A stretch of 64,000 nt of DNA, taken from assembly GCA_965214935.1 (NCBI GenBank), contig CBDCCS010000018.1, positions 192,001 to 256,000 of the forward strand, read 5' to 3'. The translations under genes were made by a program, and so were the position numbers. Below the pieces are notes generated by a model. The model had not been told where the DNA came from and did no database searches. It saw only the letters and a program-made list of their open reading frames with translations. The DNA comes from Candidatus Velthaea sp. (GTDB lineage: Bacteria; Vulcanimicrobiota; Vulcanimicrobiia; Vulcanimicrobiales; Vulcanimicrobiaceae). Of this stretch, positions 10,741-20,844 are shown piece after piece (position 1 is the first letter of the stretch; every line of letters starts with the position of its first letter).

Positions 10741-10869
10741 TTACTGCCGGTAAGTCGTGCGCCGCGGATCGCCGGCGCGCCGAATCTTAACGCTGCTTTG
10801 CATCGGCGACGGAATAGACGGCACACGCCGCCCGGGGTTCGCTTCAACGCAAGCCGAAACTTCGCAGAC

Positions 10870-11363
10870 GTGATCGGAAGCTTCTCTTGCCGTCTTCCGT
10901 TTTTGAGCGCGGCAGCTGTTATTGCCGTGGCTCTGGCCGATCCTGTCGTCGGATCGGTCTCGAATTCCGGGATTCTCGGCGGTCGATATTCCGACAACAA
11001 TCATTTCGGCGTCGTTCCGACGCTGCTCGTCGGGTTGACGCTCGTGCTCGCAATGCTCGCGCAGCGCTTTGCGTCTATCATCGCAATGCAGTTGGCCGCG
11101 CTCTTTGCGCTGGAAAGCCTCGAACAGCTTGCCGCCGGCGGCAGATTGCTCGGCGGAACGGCATGGCTGGGTGGCCCCGTCGCTTTCAGTCTGAGCGTGC
11201 ACGCGTTCACACCGCGCTTGCGTTCGTCGGGCATCCGAACGTCAATAGGACCGCCGCAGCGATCCGGTTCGACCGGCGCGACGCGCCGTCCCGGCGGGTG
11301 AATCGCTACGTTCGCCAAAGCCGCGGCCGGGCACCGCCGTTGCTCCTGGTAACGCCGGTTTAA
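10870..11363 (+). CDS. Membrane leader protein with C-terminal RAPP arrest-like motif; frameshifted near 11205
   Basis: Hydrophobic N-part in the frame of ORF 10798 (..AVALADP..DNNH..MQLAALFALESLEQ..WLGGP..SVHA). C-part in the frame of ORF 10887 ends ..YVRQSRGRAPPLLLVTPV*. RAPP codons are at 11328-11339. Confidence 0.6.
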
Positions 11364-11409
11364 CGACGAAGCATGCGTCTTCAAGCGCCTTTCGGCGTTT
11401 GTAGGGAGC
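11342..11409 (+). promoter_or_regulatory. Anti-SD/SD pairing that could control TBDR translation
   Basis: GCTCC (11342-11346) is the reverse complement of the SD-like GGAGC (11405-11409) before ATG 11414. An inner hairpin AAGCGCC-TTTC-GGCGTTT lies between them. Confidence 0.5.
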
Positions 11410-11413
11410 CACG

Positions 11414-14174
11414 ATGAAGCGATCGCTAAGCGCCTTAGCGATATTTGTATTCTTGCTCGCCCGACCGGCCGGCGCCGCCGAAGCGACGACCGGCCTGATC
11501 GTCGGCACGGTGACGACGGCACGCGGAACACCGCTCGCGCATGCGACGATTACTGCGGCCGCACCGTCGGGGCATTACTCCGCCGTGACCGATGCTCGCG
11601 GGCGGTTCGTCATTTTGGGCGTCACGCCCGATTCCTACGTCGTCAGCGTCAATGCCGCCGGTTATCGGACCGCCACGCAATTAGACGTCAGCGTGCTGAG
11701 CGGCCAGGAAGAGCGATCGGTATTCCGGCTTGAAGCCGCCCTTCGGACGATCGGCAACGTACGGGCGAAAAGCGAAGCGTTTTCGGTCGGTACGCCGAGC
11801 GATTCATTTTCAATCAGCGGCGACGCCGCACGAGCGCAGCTTCCGACAACGTCATCCGACGGTCTTTCAAGCTACACGCAAGGCACCGTTCAAGGCGCGA
11901 TCGCCAATGTGCCCGGCGTGAATCTCGATCAGTTTGCAAATGCCATTCTGCGTGCCGGCCGCGTAAGCGATACTATTTTCGATTACGATTCGATTCCGAT
12001 ACCACAGGGCGTCATCGCCGAGCCCGGCGGCAACATCGACGGCGCCCAACTTCCCACGACGGGCATCGCTTCGACCCATGTCGTTCTGGCCGGCTACGCG
12101 AACGAAAGCGATAACGGCTTGGGCGGCGTGGTAAATCAGATCCCCGCCGTCGGAACCTACCCGGCTAGCGCAACATTCGAGCTGGCCGACGGAATCGGCG
12201 TAAAGTCTCACTTTAGCACGATCGAATTTCTCGGAGCAACGCCGGACCATCAATGGCGCTATGCTTTAGCCGGCACATTCGGCAACGATTATCTTCAATA
12301 CGGCAACGCGCACACGTTCTATGCCGCCGAGGCCGGTACGTACGGTCTGGCGCTGCAGACCCGCGGTCAATATTCACTCGAATCCAACGTGCACTACGCT
12401 GCAACGGCAAGAGATGATGTTTCGATCCTTGCCCTCGTCGGGCAGGCACAATATAACCAGTACGGCTCGCCGTACGCAGGCGAGACCGTGGGTGCATTCG
12501 ATGGTGCGACGACGACGTATCCCGGTGAAACGAATCGCAACGTACCGGTGACGTTTGCCGCGGGTGTTCGCGGTCATTACGATATCGTCAAAGGCCAGTG
12601 GCAACACTCAGGTGCGCACGTCTTTTCGCGCGTACAGATCTATCAATCGCAGTTTGGATCGTCCTCGGGTGGACCGTTTTGGGATGAGAACGGGTTTCCG
12701 AACGGATCGATTTCGCTATTTCAAAGCTCCGCACAGCGGCAAAACGGGATCAACCTCGACAACGAAGCGGTATACGGCTTACATCGCGTTCGCTTCGGTG
12801 CCGAATACCGGACGAACACATCGTATCTCGATCAAGTCGTTCCGACCGCCGACGAATTCATCACCTCGCATCCGACGATCGACTCGTATCTTGCGTATCT
12901 CGGCGATACGTGGTCGATCGGCGATCGGCTCGAGGTCGAGGGAACCGCACGTGCAACGCATGCGCACGTCAAGCCTAGTTTCGGTAACGCTTACGACACC
13001 GGAGCGATCGACCCGCATCTCGGGGCCGCCTATCGTTTGGGTTCGCACTTCGCCCTGCGTGCGAACTTCGATCGCATCACCGTTGCGCCGGCTCCGCTCG
13101 AAGCCGATCGTATCGATTCGACGAACCTTCAATCAAACGGCAGTGCGGCGCCGTCCATGCAGCTTGCATCGGAAATTGGCAATGACGCGACCTATTCGTT
13201 CGAAGGCGCCGGCCGCACTCAATTTCGGCTGACGTATTATCGAAAGTTCGAACAAAATCTTATCGACGTCTTGCCGTTCAATTTCCGTTCTGCCGTTGCG
13301 TCGGACTTAGCACCCAACGGTGTCGGTGTCCCCACCAACGTCGGCAACCTGCGCGCGAGCGGCGTCGACCTGTACGTAAGCAACGGCGGATTCTCCCTCG
13401 ACGGCAATTATGTCCGCGCATTTTCGTCGAGTGCATCCCAATTCGCCTATAACGACCTTAACGCCCCGGCAATCGCCGCCGGCCATCTGTTTCCCGTCAG
13501 CTATGTGCCGGATTTTACAGCGACGCTATCCTATCGCTTCGACGACCGCAAACACCGCTTGCGCTTTACACCGTCGCTCTCGTATCAAACCGGTTATCCA
13601 TACGGTAACGGCAAACAAGCTTGGATTTTTCATCCCGTTACGGGCAAGCCGATCCAAGTGCCGAACGATAATTACGTCAATCCGGGCGCGAACTATTACT
13701 TTTTGGCCGACCCTTCGGCGCCGTTCAATGCAGCGAGCAATCCATATATCGGTAGTTTGGGCACGAGCGAAGGGAGCGATCCGAACACGTTGCGATCGTC
13801 ACCGGAACTTAGCGTTAATTTGCGTATCGAGAAAGACTTAACACCGCGGCTGAGCGTTATCGTCGACGTTGCGAATCTGTTCGGTAATGTTGCCCCGACG
13901 GCATATCAAGTGAACCCCATATCTCATCGGTCCGCCCGGCTACAAAGGCGGGAACGCGACATATGCGAGTTGTTACGGCCAGGTAAGAACCGGTAATGCG
14001 CCGTGCGCGGCCGGCCTGCCGGCTGGAACGATGCCATATACGCTCGGCAACGGCATCCCGACGCAAGATGGCGTTACGCAAGCCGTTCCGTGGAGCTACG
14101 GAACCGACGGCTACGTTCCGCAGAGCTATCCGCTCGGGCGAACGGTTCAACTTCGACTGCGTTATCGGCTTTGA
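11414..14174 (+). CDS. TonB-dependent receptor; +1 frameshift in CCCC 13915-13918
   Basis: Signal peptide, Ig-like N-domain, plug (GGVVN). Removing one C restores YQVNPYLIGPPG...SYPLGRTVQLRLRYRL* (TGA 14172-14174), a typical TBDR C-terminal beta-strand. Confidence 0.85.
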
Positions 14175-14302
14175 GCGGTACGGCGGTTGCGTTTGCCGCG
14201 CTCCCGGCGCTAATGTCCGAGATGCCAGCCATGCTGCGCGCAGCGGTAGGGTCGGAGACCGACCGACGTTCGCGTAATCGCACGTTCGGCCGCCTTCGCG
14301 CT

Positions 14303-14336
14303 AACAAAAGCGGTTTTTGGGCCGCCGTTCTGTTTG
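14303..14336 (+). terminator. Possible intrinsic terminator after TBDR2
   Basis: Imperfect stem GCGGTT/GGCCGC followed by TTCTGTTT; resembles the hairpin at 16387. Confidence 0.35.
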
Positions 14337-14516
14337 TAGCACGACCGCGGCCCGCCACTCTCTAACACGCGAATGCGACGCGATCGATTCGTTCGTTGAA
14401 CAGGGCAGCACTCGGCGTTATTGAACGCGCACGTAACCGGCCGCATCCGTTGATTCGCAAGCCTCTTTTGCTTACGTGCGTGATTGCGTTCGACCGGCGA
14501 TAGGAGTGAGACGCTG

Positions 14517-16340
14517 TTGATTGCCCGTCTGTTTTTGTCCGTTGCGCTGGCCGGCGCGATTGCTGCCGCACCGGCGTTCGCCAGCGTGACGCACGTCATT
14601 GGTGCTAGCGTCCGTCCCATTCGTCCGCTGCAGCGCATCGAGCGACTCACCTTTCACGGCGTAACGCGTCCTGCGCAGCTTTCCGAGGTTCCGGCGTTCG
14701 CGGCACCCGTCGCGCAGAGCGGCCCGCGACTCGTACATCCGCGCGGCTATCGCGCGCTCGACGTCCATCCGGCGGCACGTTCGCGGTCGGCGGCCTTGCA
14801 CGCGGCGGGCATTCCGATTCCGCTCGGTCCGAATCTACCCGTCGTCGGCGCGGAGCCCGACTTCTTCGGCTTTTCGGGGCTGACCGATGTCGATCAAAGC
14901 ATGGCCGGGACCGGAGCATACTTTGGGACGCAACAGACCGACGAGCCGCCGGACCAGGCGCTGTGCGCCGGAAACGGCTTTGTCGTTGACGCCGTCAACA
15001 ATGCCGTTGCAGTGTACAGTTCGTTCGGCACGCGCTTGACGGCGCCGACCGCGCTCAATCAATTTTTCGGGTTGCTGCCGGCGTTTAGTTCCAAGACGGG
15101 TTACGGTCAGTTTCTGTCCGATCCGCAGTGCCATTTCGATGGCGATACGCAACGCTGGTTTCTTACCGAACTCGAAATCGATGTGTCGCCGGCAACCGGT
15201 AACTTCGGCAATCATTCGGCGACGTTCATCGCCGTCAGCCAAACCGCCGATCCGACGCGTGGCTACGACGTTTATTCGTTCGACACCACCGACGCTGCCA
15301 ATCCGGGCTGCCCGTGTTTCGGCGATCAGCCGTATCTCGGCGCGGACGCCAACGGCGTGTTCGTCACGAGCAATCAGTTTTCAATCAACGGCCCTGCCTT
15401 TAACGGCTCGCAAATTTATGCGCTGTCGAAGCATGGATTGACCGCCGGCCACGGCTCGGCGATCGTTCACATCGATGCCGGCGCTTTGCCGACGCCCGAC
15501 GGCGGTCCGGGTTCGGCAAACTCGCCGACGTGGTATTCGATTCAACCCGCAACCGCGCCCGACACGTCGGTCGCCGCACGCGTCCGTAACGGTACCGAAT
15601 ATTTCCTGAGCGCACTCGACTTCTTCAACCTCAACGATGACCGAGTTGCCGTGTGGGCGCTGACGAATACCGCATCGCTGAACGCATCGGTTCCGGCGGT
15701 CGGTTTCCAGCACGTCGTCATCAGCAGCGTTGCTTATGCGGCGCCGCCCAATGCCACGCAAAAGGCGGGTTCGACGCCGCTGGGAACCTCGGTCGGCGAG
15801 CCGCTCGAGCAGTTGCAAACCAACGATGATATGATGAATCAAGTCGTGTATGCCGCCGGGCGCTTATGGTCGGGGCTCAATACCGCCGTCCGGTCGGGCG
15901 CCAAGATCGATGCGGGAATCGCCTATTTCGCCATTGCGCCCAGTTTTGACGATAGCGGATTCCTTACCGCCAGAGCCGTGCAACAGGGCTATGTTGCCGT
16001 CGCCGGCGAGAATATTTGGTTTCCTTCGATCGGTGTGGGCCGCGACGGCCGCGCCGTGCTCGCCGCGACGCTGAGCGGCCCGGATTACTACCCGTCGGCG
16101 GTCTACGTGACGCCGGACGGCAAGGTGCACCTGGCCGGCGCCGGCGCCGGGCCCGACGATGGTTTCACCGGCTATGCCGCCTTCGGCGGTAACGGTGCCG
16201 GACGATGGGGCGATTACACCGCTGCCGTTGCCGATGCGGACGGCAGCATTTGGTTCGGCGCCGAGTTCATCCCCGGCCCGCGCGACAAGTATGCGAATTG
16301 GGGCACGTTCCTCGGTCACGTCCAGACGCGACACCGCTGA
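14517..16340 (+). CDS. Secreted hypothetical protein (PPD..LC.G / RWGDY family)
   Basis: AGGAG RBS at 14502, signal peptide ending AFA; EPPDQALCAGNG, SDPQC.FD, FGDQP.LGAD, RWGDY motifs. Confidence 0.8.
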   Translation: MIARLFLSVALAGAIAAAPAFASVTHVIGASVRPIRPLQRIERLTFHGVTRPAQLSEVPAFAAPVAQSGPRLVHPRGYRALDVHPAARSRSAALHAAGIPIPLGPNLPVVGAEPDFFGFSGLTDVDQSMAGTGAYFGTQQTDEPPDQALCAGNGFVVDAVNNAVAVYSSFGTRLTAPTALNQFFGLLPAFSSKTGYGQFLSDPQCHFDGDTQRWFLTELEIDVSPATGNFGNHSATFIAVSQTADPTRGYDVYSFDTTDAANPGCPCFGDQPYLGADANGVFVTSNQFSINGPAFNGSQIYALSKHGLTAGHGSAIVHIDAGALPTPDGGPGSANSPTWYSIQPATAPDTSVAARVRNGTEYFLSALDFFNLNDDRVAVWALTNTASLNASVPAVGFQHVVISSVAYAAPPNATQKAGSTPLGTSVGEPLEQLQTNDDMMNQVVYAAGRLWSGLNTAVRSGAKIDAGIAYFAIAPSFDDSGFLTARAVQQGYVAVAGENIWFPSIGVGRDGRAVLAATLSGPDYYPSAVYVTPDGKVHLAGAGAGPDDGFTGYAAFGGNGAGRWGDYTAAVADADGSIWFGAEFIPGPRDKYANWGTFLGHVQTRHR

Positions 16341-16386
16341 GGATGGCGGGCCGGGATGTGCGCTTCGGCTAATTCGAGTTGAGAGC

Positions 16387-16415
16387 AACGGCGGCTTTAG
16401 AGCCGCCGTTTGTTT
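16387..16415 (+). terminator. Intrinsic terminator
   Basis: Perfect 10-bp stem AACGGCGGCT-TTAG-AGCCGCCGTT followed by TGTTT. Confidence 0.7.
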
Positions 16416-16530
16416 GCAATGCGAGCGCGCCCGACTTGCGGCCGGCGCTTGCGACCGTCGGCTGAGACACGCTACGTGCGCGGAGTGCTCGACACGCAAA
16501 CGCGCGCCGGGCAGCGTAGCTGAGGGAGAG

Positions 16531-18561
16531 ATGAAGCCGTTGTATTTGCGGATGCGCCCGGTGCTTACACCTGCGTCGCTCGCGTTTATTCCAGGTGCGC
16601 TGGGAGCGTTGCTGTTGGTCATGATGCGGATCGCCGATGCGCAAGCGGCGCCCGCGACGTCGGCCTCGCCGTCGCCCGGGCTCAGTCCGGCACCCGCTCA
16701 TGCGCCGGCGAATCCGGCAGCAACGGCGGCACCGACGGCGCCGCAGCCGGCCACGCCCGCAAGTGCGTCACCGACGCCGAGGGCACTGGGTTTGCACGCG
16801 CGTACGAACGCGAGTCTTACCTATGTCGGGCAAACGTCGAGCGGTCCGGGCGTTGTCGGTCCCGAGTCGGCCGGATTCATCAACGGGTCGCCGCTTTCAC
16901 CGAATACGCCGTACGACTTATTTTCGAGCGCACCGCAAGTGAACGGCGACAGCGGTATCGGCCAAGTCATAACGACGGCGAACTTTGCCACCCGAGCCTT
17001 CGACGTCGATCTCACCGGCGGTCTCGGCAGTTCGCACGGATCGGTTACGACCGCCTCGTATTGGAGCGAAAATCTGCTGCCGACGATCAACCCGCATCTT
17101 GGTTCGCAAGCATTGCCCTACGGCGTCGTATTTCCGACGCATCCCGGTGGCGATGCCGCGACTGCCACGCGGTTGTCGATTTTGGGCGGCGGCGTTGGTA
17201 CGGCCGACGGTAACATCGTCTTACGCGGCGGCTGGCTCGATCTCGCGCAGACCGACCGCTTCGTTTTCGCTCAACCGGCGTTGACGAACGTCAACCCGGC
17301 CATCGCATTTGCGCCTGCCGAAACGTTGGCCGGCGGCATTGCCGGTCTCGATACCTGGCAGCCTTACGCGAATGCGCTGCCCCTGCACGGTATCGACGTC
17401 GTTGCCAAGCGCAAGACCGCAACGCTCGAACTCACCAACGCTGCTTTGCCGAGTTTGCCCGGCGAATCGGCGCGACTCTCGGCGGCGTCGCTGGTGTTCG
17501 ATCGCGGCGAAGGTACGCGCTTCTCGGGCGAAGCGATCCACGTCGTCACCGCCGGAGCGCCGTTCACGACGACCGTGCCGTTCGGTCTCGATCCGGCGTT
17601 CGGCTCGTACCCGCAAGGCGTTTTGCCGACGAGCCGTTTGAGCGGCCAACGCCAAACGTTGGCCGGGCTGCGCGCCGCTTTCCACGTGCTGCCCGCGCTC
17701 GGGGTCGATAGCATCATCGAGGTCGGCCGCGCGTGGTACGACGCTGCACCCGTTGCTCGGCCGGGAACGTCGGCGCCGGGTGGCTACTACCATGCGGAGT
17801 TGCTGCAAACGCGCGGCCGCGCGACCGCAGCGCTCGATTTCTACCGCATGGAAGCGCGCTACGCGACGATGATACTGCCGTACGGCGTGCCGGAAAATCA
17901 ATGGAGCGTCGCCTTTGCCTGGCCCGGGCAGTGGCTCAAGTCGAACTATCAACTTATCGACAACAGCGTGCTGGGTGTCAACCGTCAGGGCTACCGCCTG
18001 CGCTACTTTGTCGATAAAGGGCCGCTCGAGATTCATTTGGAGTACACCGACGTCCATCAAATCGAAGCGGAGACCGTAACTTCATCGCAACAGAGCGGCT
18101 TTATCGACGGTTACTTTCTGCCGCAGACCCCCGGCGCGGCGACGTTCGGGCGTCAAAGACGAACGGCGTTGTGGGCAGCTTGGCATCCGCGCATCGGCGA
18201 CATTAGTCTCGATGTCGTCGACGATACGGAGTTCCGGCCGTTCTTGGCCGCGCATCCGGAAGATCGCGTGTCGTACGAGGTTCCGCAGGCGATCGTGACG
18301 TTCTCACGTCATCTGTCGCCTAACGTCGTTGCGGCAACGGGCATCGGCCGGTATGCGATGAACGGCGCGTTCGCCGAACCGGTCGATTTTGCTCAACGGC
18401 TGTTCTTCGCGGGCGTCGAGGCGGTTCAGACGCCGCGCAGTTCGATCCTGCTTACGTTTCGGCGCACCGCCTTCGGCGGGTTGACGACGTATCCGTTCGG
18501 TCCGAATTCGCCCGACTTCACCGCGTCGACCCTGATCGTCGAGCAACGCTTGCGTTTGTAA
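16531..18561 (+). CDS. Hypothetical exported protein, likely outer-membrane beta-barrel
   Basis: GAGGGAG RBS, signal peptide (ADA), Pro/Ala-rich linker, amphipathic strands, C-terminal IVEQRLRL. Confidence 0.7.
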   Translation: MKPLYLRMRPVLTPASLAFIPGALGALLLVMMRIADAQAAPATSASPSPGLSPAPAHAPANPAATAAPTAPQPATPASASPTPRALGLHARTNASLTYVGQTSSGPGVVGPESAGFINGSPLSPNTPYDLFSSAPQVNGDSGIGQVITTANFATRAFDVDLTGGLGSSHGSVTTASYWSENLLPTINPHLGSQALPYGVVFPTHPGGDAATATRLSILGGGVGTADGNIVLRGGWLDLAQTDRFVFAQPALTNVNPAIAFAPAETLAGGIAGLDTWQPYANALPLHGIDVVAKRKTATLELTNAALPSLPGESARLSAASLVFDRGEGTRFSGEAIHVVTAGAPFTTTVPFGLDPAFGSYPQGVLPTSRLSGQRQTLAGLRAAFHVLPALGVDSIIEVGRAWYDAAPVARPGTSAPGGYYHAELLQTRGRATAALDFYRMEARYATMILPYGVPENQWSVAFAWPGQWLKSNYQLIDNSVLGVNRQGYRLRYFVDKGPLEIHLEYTDVHQIEAETVTSSQQSGFIDGYFLPQTPGAATFGRQRRTALWAAWHPRIGDISLDVVDDTEFRPFLAAHPEDRVSYEVPQAIVTFSRHLSPNVVAATGIGRYAMNGAFAEPVDFAQRLFFAGVEAVQTPRSSILLTFRRTAFGGLTTYPFGPNSPDFTASTLIVEQRLRL

Positions 18562-18576
18562 TCTCTCCCAGCGCGG

Positions 18577-19617
18577 CTATGCACCGGCCGCCAGCGAGCG
18601 CAAACGCTCGGCGGCAAACTCAGGGGTGATGTCGCGTTGCGGCATGCCGAGCATTTCGTAACCGACCATATACTTGCGCACGGTCGCCGACCGCAGCAAC
18701 GGTGGAAAGTAATGCGCGTGCACGTGCCATTCCGGATGCGGCTCGCCGTCGGTCGGCCGTTGATGGAAGCCCATCGAATAGGGAAACGGCGTGTCGAAGA
18801 CGCGATCGTACGCGGCGGTCAACGCGCGCATCGCTGTCGCGAAACCGTCGCGCGCCTCGGAGGTGACGGCGTCGAGAGCGGTGGCATGCGCACGCGGGAT
18901 GACGAGTGCTTCGTACGGCCACACCGCCCAAAACGGCACGACGACGACGGCATGCTCGTTGGCGTAGACGATACGCTCGGCCGCCGCGACTTCGCGGTCG
19001 AGATACGCGCACAGCAAACACGTTCCGTGCTGCGCTAAATACGTAGCGGCAGCAGCCTGCTCTTTGGCCGGTTCGTTCGGCTGCCGCGCGTTGGCCCAGA
19101 TTTGGGCGTGCGGATGCGGGTTGCTCGCGCCCATCTGTGCGCCGTGGTTCTCAAAGATCGTCACCGCGCCGATCGCCGGATCGGCACCGAGCGCAACGTA
19201 TTGCTCGGTCCAAGCATCGATGACGCCGCGGATGTGGGCGACCGGCATCGACGCAATCGATAGATCGTGGCGCGGCGTAAAGCAGACAACTCGGCAAATA
19301 CCGCGTTCCGATTGTGCGACGAGCAAGCCGCCGATGTCGAGATCCGCCGGCGGCGTGTCGTACACGAGCGCGGCGTAATCATTATCGAAGACGAAGGTTT
19401 GCGTGTACTGCGGGTTGCGTCCGCCGCCGGCACGTGCGTTGCCCGGGCAGAGATAGCACGACGGATCGTAGGCCGGCTTTTCTTCACGCGGTCCGGTTGC
19501 CGTTGTTTCACCTTGCCACGGGCGTTGCGTGCGCTGCGGTGAGACGAGAATCCATTCGCCGGTGAGCGCGTTGAGCCGCCGGTGCGGGCGCGACCGCCAG
19601 TCGCCGGTGGCGTTCAT
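18577..19617 (-). CDS. galT: Galactose-1-phosphate uridylyltransferase
   Basis: HRRLNALTGEWILVSP, RPWQG, CYLCPGN, FEN.G..MGASNPHPHAQ, PPLLRSATVRKYMVGYE; ATGA overlap with galK. Confidence 0.97.
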   Translation of the reverse strand: MNATGDWRSRPHRRLNALTGEWILVSPQRTQRPWQGETTATGPREEKPAYDPSCYLCPGNARAGGGRNPQYTQTFVFDNDYAALVYDTPPADLDIGGLLVAQSERGICRVVCFTPRHDLSIASMPVAHIRGVIDAWTEQYVALGADPAIGAVTIFENHGAQMGASNPHPHAQIWANARQPNEPAKEQAAAATYLAQHGTCLLCAYLDREVAAAERIVYANEHAVVVVPFWAVWPYEALVIPRAHATALDAVTSEARDGFATAMRALTAAYDRVFDTPFPYSMGFHQRPTDGEPHPEWHVHAHYFPPLLRSATVRKYMVGYEMLGMPQRDITPEFAAERLRSLAAGA

Positions 19618-20762
19618 TCGCCGACCTTTCCCGCACCCGCCGCGCCGACGCCTAAATAAACGGACGGCTCGATCGCCGTCGCTTGGCGATATGCCGGCGC
19701 GATATAGGCAACGAAGGCGTCGACATCGGCGTCGGCGACGAGGTTGACGGTCGAACCGCCGAAGCCGCCGCCGGTCATCCGGGCGCCGTAGACACCGGGA
19801 CCGAATGCGCGCGCCAGTTCGACCATCGTGTCGACTTCGGGTGCGCTGATCTCGAAGTCGTCGCGCATGCTGGTATGCGACTCGTTCATGAGCTTGCCGA
19901 ACGCGTGCAGATCGTTTTGACGCAACGCAATGCCGGCGGCCAGGACGCGCGCATCTTCGGTTACGATATGGCGGCAGCGCCGAAATATTGCATCGGGCAG
20001 CGAATCGCGCAGCGCCTCGAGCTGTTCGGGCGTGACGTCGCGCAGCGCCCGCACCTCGGGATAACGGCGTGCGAATGCCGCAACACCGGCTTCGCATTCA
20101 GCGCGCCGCGTGTTGTAGCCGCCGGTGGCATGCGAATGCTTGACCATCGTATTGCACACGACGAAGGTTGCGCGTTCGGGCAGCGGGAGATAATCGAACG
20201 ACAAACTGCGGGTGTCGAGTAAGATTGCCTGCGCAGCGTGCGCGTTGGCCGAGATGAATTGATCCATGATCCCGCTCGCAATCCCGGCGTGAATGTTTTC
20301 CGCACGCTGCGCGACTCGAGCGAGTGCAACGCGGTCGACCGGCAAGCCGGCGATATCCAGCATCGCATAACCGACCGCCACGCCGATCGCCGCCGATGAA
20401 CTCAAACCGGCGCCGACGGGCAGATCGCTGGTAACGCGCAGATCCGCGCCGCGTAACGCACGGCCGTCGGCTTGCAGTTCGACGATCGTGCCGCGGATCG
20501 TATCGCTCCAATCGTGCTCGACGCCGGCCGCCAGCCGGTCCAAATCGAAATGGCGCTCGCCGGCGAAACCGTCCGAGACGATGTTGACGCTGCGATCGTC
20601 ACGGACGGTCGCTTCAACTTGGATCTCATATGCAATTGCCGCCGGCATGACGAAGCCGCCGTTGTAATCGGTGTGCTCGCCGATGAGATTGACGCGCCCC
20701 GGGGCGCGGTAACGTTGTGCGGCGCTCACGCGATAGCCGGCGGTATGATTCGATCCATGCAT
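19614..20762 (-). CDS. galK: Galactokinase
   Basis: APGRVNLIGEHTDYN, PVGAGLSSSAA, GIMDQ, YNTRRAEC, GARMTGGGFGG. Confidence 0.97.
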   Translation of the reverse strand: MHGSNHTAGYRVSAAQRYRAPGRVNLIGEHTDYNGGFVMPAAIAYEIQVEATVRDDRSVNIVSDGFAGERHFDLDRLAAGVEHDWSDTIRGTIVELQADGRALRGADLRVTSDLPVGAGLSSSAAIGVAVGYAMLDIAGLPVDRVALARVAQRAENIHAGIASGIMDQFISANAHAAQAILLDTRSLSFDYLPLPERATFVVCNTMVKHSHATGGYNTRRAECEAGVAAFARRYPEVRALRDVTPEQLEALRDSLPDAIFRRCRHIVTEDARVLAAGIALRQNDLHAFGKLMNESHTSMRDDFEISAPEVDTMVELARAFGPGVYGARMTGGGFGGSTVNLVADADVDAFVAYIAPAYRQATAIEPSVYLGVGAAGAGKVGE

Positions 20763-20844
20763 CGTTCCTTCGAGCGAATGGTGCGTAAGCTCGGTCGAGC
20801 GGCAGCGGCACCGGTGGTCGTAACGAGCGTACCCGCGCGCGGGC

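Noticed and set aside
14303..16415. Similar GCCGCCGTT(C)TGTTTG sequences flanking the secreted gene as insertion-site repeats
   Set aside because: Short, and both are explained as terminator-like hairpins; no recombinase nearby.
16405..16530. CLQC..CAEC..RAPG in the frame upstream of the 16531 gene as a CruR-like leader
   Set aside because: In frame with the downstream gene with no stop or credible start, and it overlaps a terminator; probably chance in GC-rich DNA.
18577..20097. Long N-terminal extensions in the ORF track (galT, also 16159, 27853, 31344, 52592, 58712) and the many Arg/Ala-rich shadow ORFs
   Set aside because: They overlap well-supported genes and reflect stop-codon scarcity in high-GC DNA.
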